From assembly GCF_006345805.1 (NCBI RefSeq), contig NW_021827923.1:1-9539 (forward strand): DNA of 9,539 nt, given 5' to 3'. A model generated the notes under the pieces. That model was not told the origin of the DNA, did no database searches, and was given only the letters and a program-made list of their open reading frames with translations. Shown here piece by piece: positions 6,597 to 9,539 of this stretch (position 1 is its first letter; each line of letters starts with the position of its first letter). The position numbers were made by a program, and so were the translations under genes. This stretch comes from Octopus sinensis. Taxonomy: Eukaryota.

Positions 6597-6640
<44 letters not shown>
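6527..6640. repeat. Compound (CT)n-(GT)n microsatellite
   Basis: (CT)n about 6527-6591 almost abutting (GT)n about 6597-6640. Confidence 0.95.
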
Positions 6641-6648
<8 letters not shown>

Positions 6649-6946
6649 AGTCTCGAAATTCCTGTAAAACTAAAATGAAGAACTCACAATTAACCAGTTT
6701 CTCAGCTTTTGTCATTGTTGATGCCATCTTTAAAATGGATTTAGCTTCATGCATATATAAGGCACAGGAACTTTCAGTAGCGGGAAATGAGATCAGAATT
6801 GACTAGTTTCCTGTTTTACGTAAGTATCGGCAGTGATCATCAATATCATCTCTGGAAATCCCGAACAATAGAATATCTCATAGAAAATTCTACTCCTTAT
6901 TCTTTATTCTTTATCATCATCAAACATTTCACAAATACCGCAACAA

Positions 6947-7283
6947 CAAAAATAAAACTAGCACTCCGTCAGTTACGAGGACGAGGGTTCAAGTTGATTC
7001 GATCAACAGAACAGTCTGCTTTGGGGATTAGCGTGCAAGTGATCAATTAGTCCACAGAAATGTGTCCCCTTAACGTAGTTCTCACGGAGATTTATCGCGA
7101 CATAGAGTGTGTCAAGTCTGGCCTTTTGAAATGCAGCTACAATTAATTTTTGCCAGCTGAAAGGACTGGCGCACTGTGAAATAAAGTGTCTTGCTCAAGG
7201 ACACAATGCATCGCCGGGAATTGAACTCACTACCTTACGACCATTAGCCGAATACCCTTATCACCAAGCCATGTGCCTTCACT
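6947..7283 (-). mobile_element. Family D tRNA-derived CORE-type SINE, full length, with target-site duplication
   Basis: Minus strand: GTGAAGGCACA-TGGCTTGGTGA (A-box-like, 7271-7261), GAGTTCAATTCC (B-box, 7228-7217), CORE-like TGTCCTTGAGCAAGACACTTT (7205-7183 region), 3' end ...GACGGAGTGC at 6961 plus a short T-rich tail. Direct repeat AATACCGC(A/T)ACAA at 6934-6946 and 7284-7296 (12/13). Confidence 0.88.
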
Positions 7284-7309
7284 AATACCGCTACAATCAT
7301 CACCCTTAA

Positions 7310-7425
7310 AGCAATACTAATGATAACCGTTGTCATCGTTATCACAATCATCCTCGTTGCCAACATTAGTATCATCATCATCATCATCATCCTTATCATC
7401 ATCGTTGACATCATCATCATCGTCG

Positions 7426-7456
<31 letters not shown>

Positions 7457-7536
7457 TAACATCATCATCATCATTCTCATCATCGTCGTCGTCATCATCA
7501 TACAGATCTGATCATCATCACACCACCATCACACCG

Positions 7537-7567
<31 letters not shown>

Positions 7568-7730
7568 CACAGCCACATCCCTCACCCCAACTACCATCCA
7601 TCGTCATCATCATCATCGTCGCCATCATCATCATCCTCATCATTATCATCACCATCATCCACACTATCATCACCATCATCATCAACATCATGATCATCAC
7701 CATCATCATCAATCATCATCATCAGTACCA
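7310..7730. repeat. Degenerate (ATC)n microsatellite with GTC/ACC variants
   Basis: Visible; gives the poly-S/poly-I/poly-H/poly-M/poly-D ORFs. Confidence 0.95.
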
Positions 7731-8024
7731 TGACTATCTGAAGTCAATTTTTATTGAATAAAGTATCACCACTGCCGTTACCGCCACCACCACCACAACA
7801 ACAACAAAAATTCTTTGCCTCATCTCACCAACTTTGCCTCATCACACCTTGACCATCCCTCCCCACCCTCACATAATTACGCCCTTATTAACAAGGCGGC
7901 TCTAATTATCATCTCACACCGCAACCGTTACTGTTCAAGGTCTCTCATCAACCACACACCGGCACCACTATTTACCACCACACTTACGCTCACATTTACC
8001 ACAACTACCATCGGTTCTAGTTCC

Positions 8025-8287
8025 GCCATGACCACCACCATTTACCACTCGTCATCATAATCGTTGTCCACCATTACTGTCATCATCATCATCATTATCG
8101 TCATCATCATCCAACATCGTCATTATTACCACCACCACCACCACCACCATCATCTTCATCATGAGCATCAAAATAATCGCCATCATTCTATCATTATCAT
8201 TGTCATCCACCACCACCATCATCATCATCATCACCACCACCATCATCATCATCATCATCATCGTCGTCGTCGTCGTCATCATCATCA

Positions 8288-8322
<35 letters not shown>

Positions 8323-8375
8323 AATCCTCATCATTTCTGCTATCACCATCACTACCAACACAATAACAACTCCAC
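8025..8375. repeat. Degenerate (ATC)n/(ACC)n microsatellite
   Basis: Visible triplet runs. Confidence 0.95.
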
Positions 8376-8379
8376 TATA

Positions 8380-8478
8380 CTAAGCGGCATTTAGTTTAGT
8401 CTTCACGTTTTGAGTTCAAATTCCGCCAAGGCCGACTTCGCCTTCCATCCTTTCGGGGTCGATAAAACATGTACCAGT
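8380..8478 (+). mobile_element. Family B SINE internal fragment (copy B8)
   Basis: CTAAGCGGCATT...TGAGTTCAAATTCCGCCAAGGCCGACTTCGCCTTCCATCCTTTCGGGGTCGATAAAACATGTACCAGT. Confidence 0.85.
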
Positions 8479-8759
8479 CATTTGAACCTAATATTAAATC
8501 AAACTTATGTTGGAGTCTGTGTTCTCAGAACATTTTCTGCGGCAATTACCTGGTGAAGGTCACTGCTACAAGTCAATCGCCATTACCACAGTTACCACCA
8601 CCCCCTATACAATATGTAGTACAATTGTAAATGCTCGCGCGCGCATACACCCGCTCTCACACACTCGTACACACACACACACACACACACACAGGCACAC
8701 GCACACACGGGCTCACGAACATACACTAATGCCCTCATTTCAACCAACTCTGCCCGGCT

Positions 8760-9420
8760 TCACCATTACGACCACGACCAACACCAAAGCAAACAAAACC
8801 GCAAACACCTCCACCAGTAGCACCACCATCACCACCACCACAATAACCACCACCACAATCACCACCACCAACATCACCACCACCATTACCACCACCATCA
8901 ACATTACCACCACCATCACCACCACCAACATCGCCATCACCAACATCACCACCACCATCATCACCACCACCAACATCACCACTAACATCACCACCACCAA
9001 CATCACCACCACCAACATCACCACCACCACCATCACCACTACCACTACCATCACCACCACCAACATCACCACCACCAACATCACCACTAACATCACCACC
9101 ACCAACATTACCACCACAACATCACCACCACCACCATCACCACTACCACTACCATCACCACCACCAACATCACCACCACCAACATCACCACCACTACCAT
9201 CACCACTACCACTACCATCACCACCACCAACATCACCACCACCAACATCACCACCACCAACATCACCACCACCACCATCACCACTACCACTACCATCACC
9301 ACCACCAACATCACCACCACCAACAACAGCATCATTACTACGGCCATTACTACAAACGCTACAACCACCATCACCACCATAACCACCATCGCTACCAACA
9401 TCGTCGCCTCCATCGCCATT
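8760..9420. repeat. (ACC)n-derived minisatellite with 12/15/18-bp units and a 63-bp higher-order block
   Basis: Units ATCACCACCACCAAC (15), ATCACCACTAAC (12), ATCACCACCACCACC (15), ATCACCACTACCACTACC (18); the ordered block starts at 9017, 9121, 9184 and 9262. Confidence 0.9.
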
Positions 9421-9489
9421 ACATCATCACACCGAGCTTAACCATCAGCATCTGTAGTATTAGCAACAGACAATGGAAACATTGCGTGA

Positions 9490-9529
9490 TGGATCTGTTG
9501 AGAAAAGCAGCCAAATCTCCCTCAAATCA
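9490..9529. repeat. Possible fragment of another octopus interspersed repeat
   Basis: GATCTGTTGAGAAAAGCAGCCAAATCTCCCTCAAATCA resembles a repeat I recall from octopus sequence; there is no second copy in the window to confirm it. Confidence 0.3.
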
Positions 9530-9539
9530 AGGCTTCGCT

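Noticed and set aside
6698-6825. Plus-strand exon bounded by TTTCTCAG (6705) and GTAAGT (6820), and a TATATAAG/TCAGT promoter pair
   Set aside because: The 114-nt candidate has stops in all three frames, and the TATA-to-initiator spacing (22 nt) is shorter than the usual 30 or so. A non-coding exon cannot be excluded but is unsupported.
7813-7848. 17-nt direct repeat CTTTGCCTCATC(T/A)CACC with a 19-nt period
   Set aside because: Ordinary two-copy slippage duplication with no sign of function.
104-8394. The low-complexity ORFs in the track (poly-I/T/S/H/M/V, RE, HT, CV, YM)
   Set aside because: Each coincides with a di- or trinucleotide repeat or a SINE; stop-free frames are expected there, and none shows a recognisable domain.
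566-8478. Apparent polarity switch of family B SINEs (all minus left of 3075, all plus to the right)
   Set aside because: The decayed relic at 3393-3500 is minus-strand and breaks the pattern, and the number of independent insertions is too small to be meaningful.
8507-9382. 291-aa mucin/extensin-like ORF as a real CDS
   Set aside because: TTG/ATG start in unique DNA without a signal peptide, passes through a (CA)n tract, and changes repeat frame at a 1-nt indel; explained by the minisatellite.

Overview
Eukaryotic, repeat-dominated DNA, most likely an intron or intergenic stretch of an octopus (coleoid cephalopod) genome; this is inferred from the recognisable tRNA-derived SINE families and the density of AAT/AAC/ATC/ACC/GT/GA microsatellites. 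No intact protein-coding gene is supportable: almost every ORF in the track is a translation of simple repeats or SINEs. About 14 SINE copies or fragments fall into three families (working labels A, B/C, D; matching them to the published octopus names OK/OR1/OR2 needs a database). Also present: a frameshifted C-terminal fossil of a restriction-like-endonuclease (RLE) non-LTR retrotransposon that the ORF track misses (1755-1950); a nested SINE trimer bounded by a 17-bp target-site duplication (1977-2623); a head-to-head SINE pair with a perfect 21-bp stem (3029-3121); a 41-bp non-repetitive motif repeated 3.4 kb apart directly behind (GT)n tracts; two promoter-like islands with minus-strand AAAATGGCG motifs (about 4625-4745 and 5320-5420); and a higher-order ACC minisatellite. 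I see no clear novel multi-gene system; the interest lies in retroposon architecture and candidate regulatory islands.
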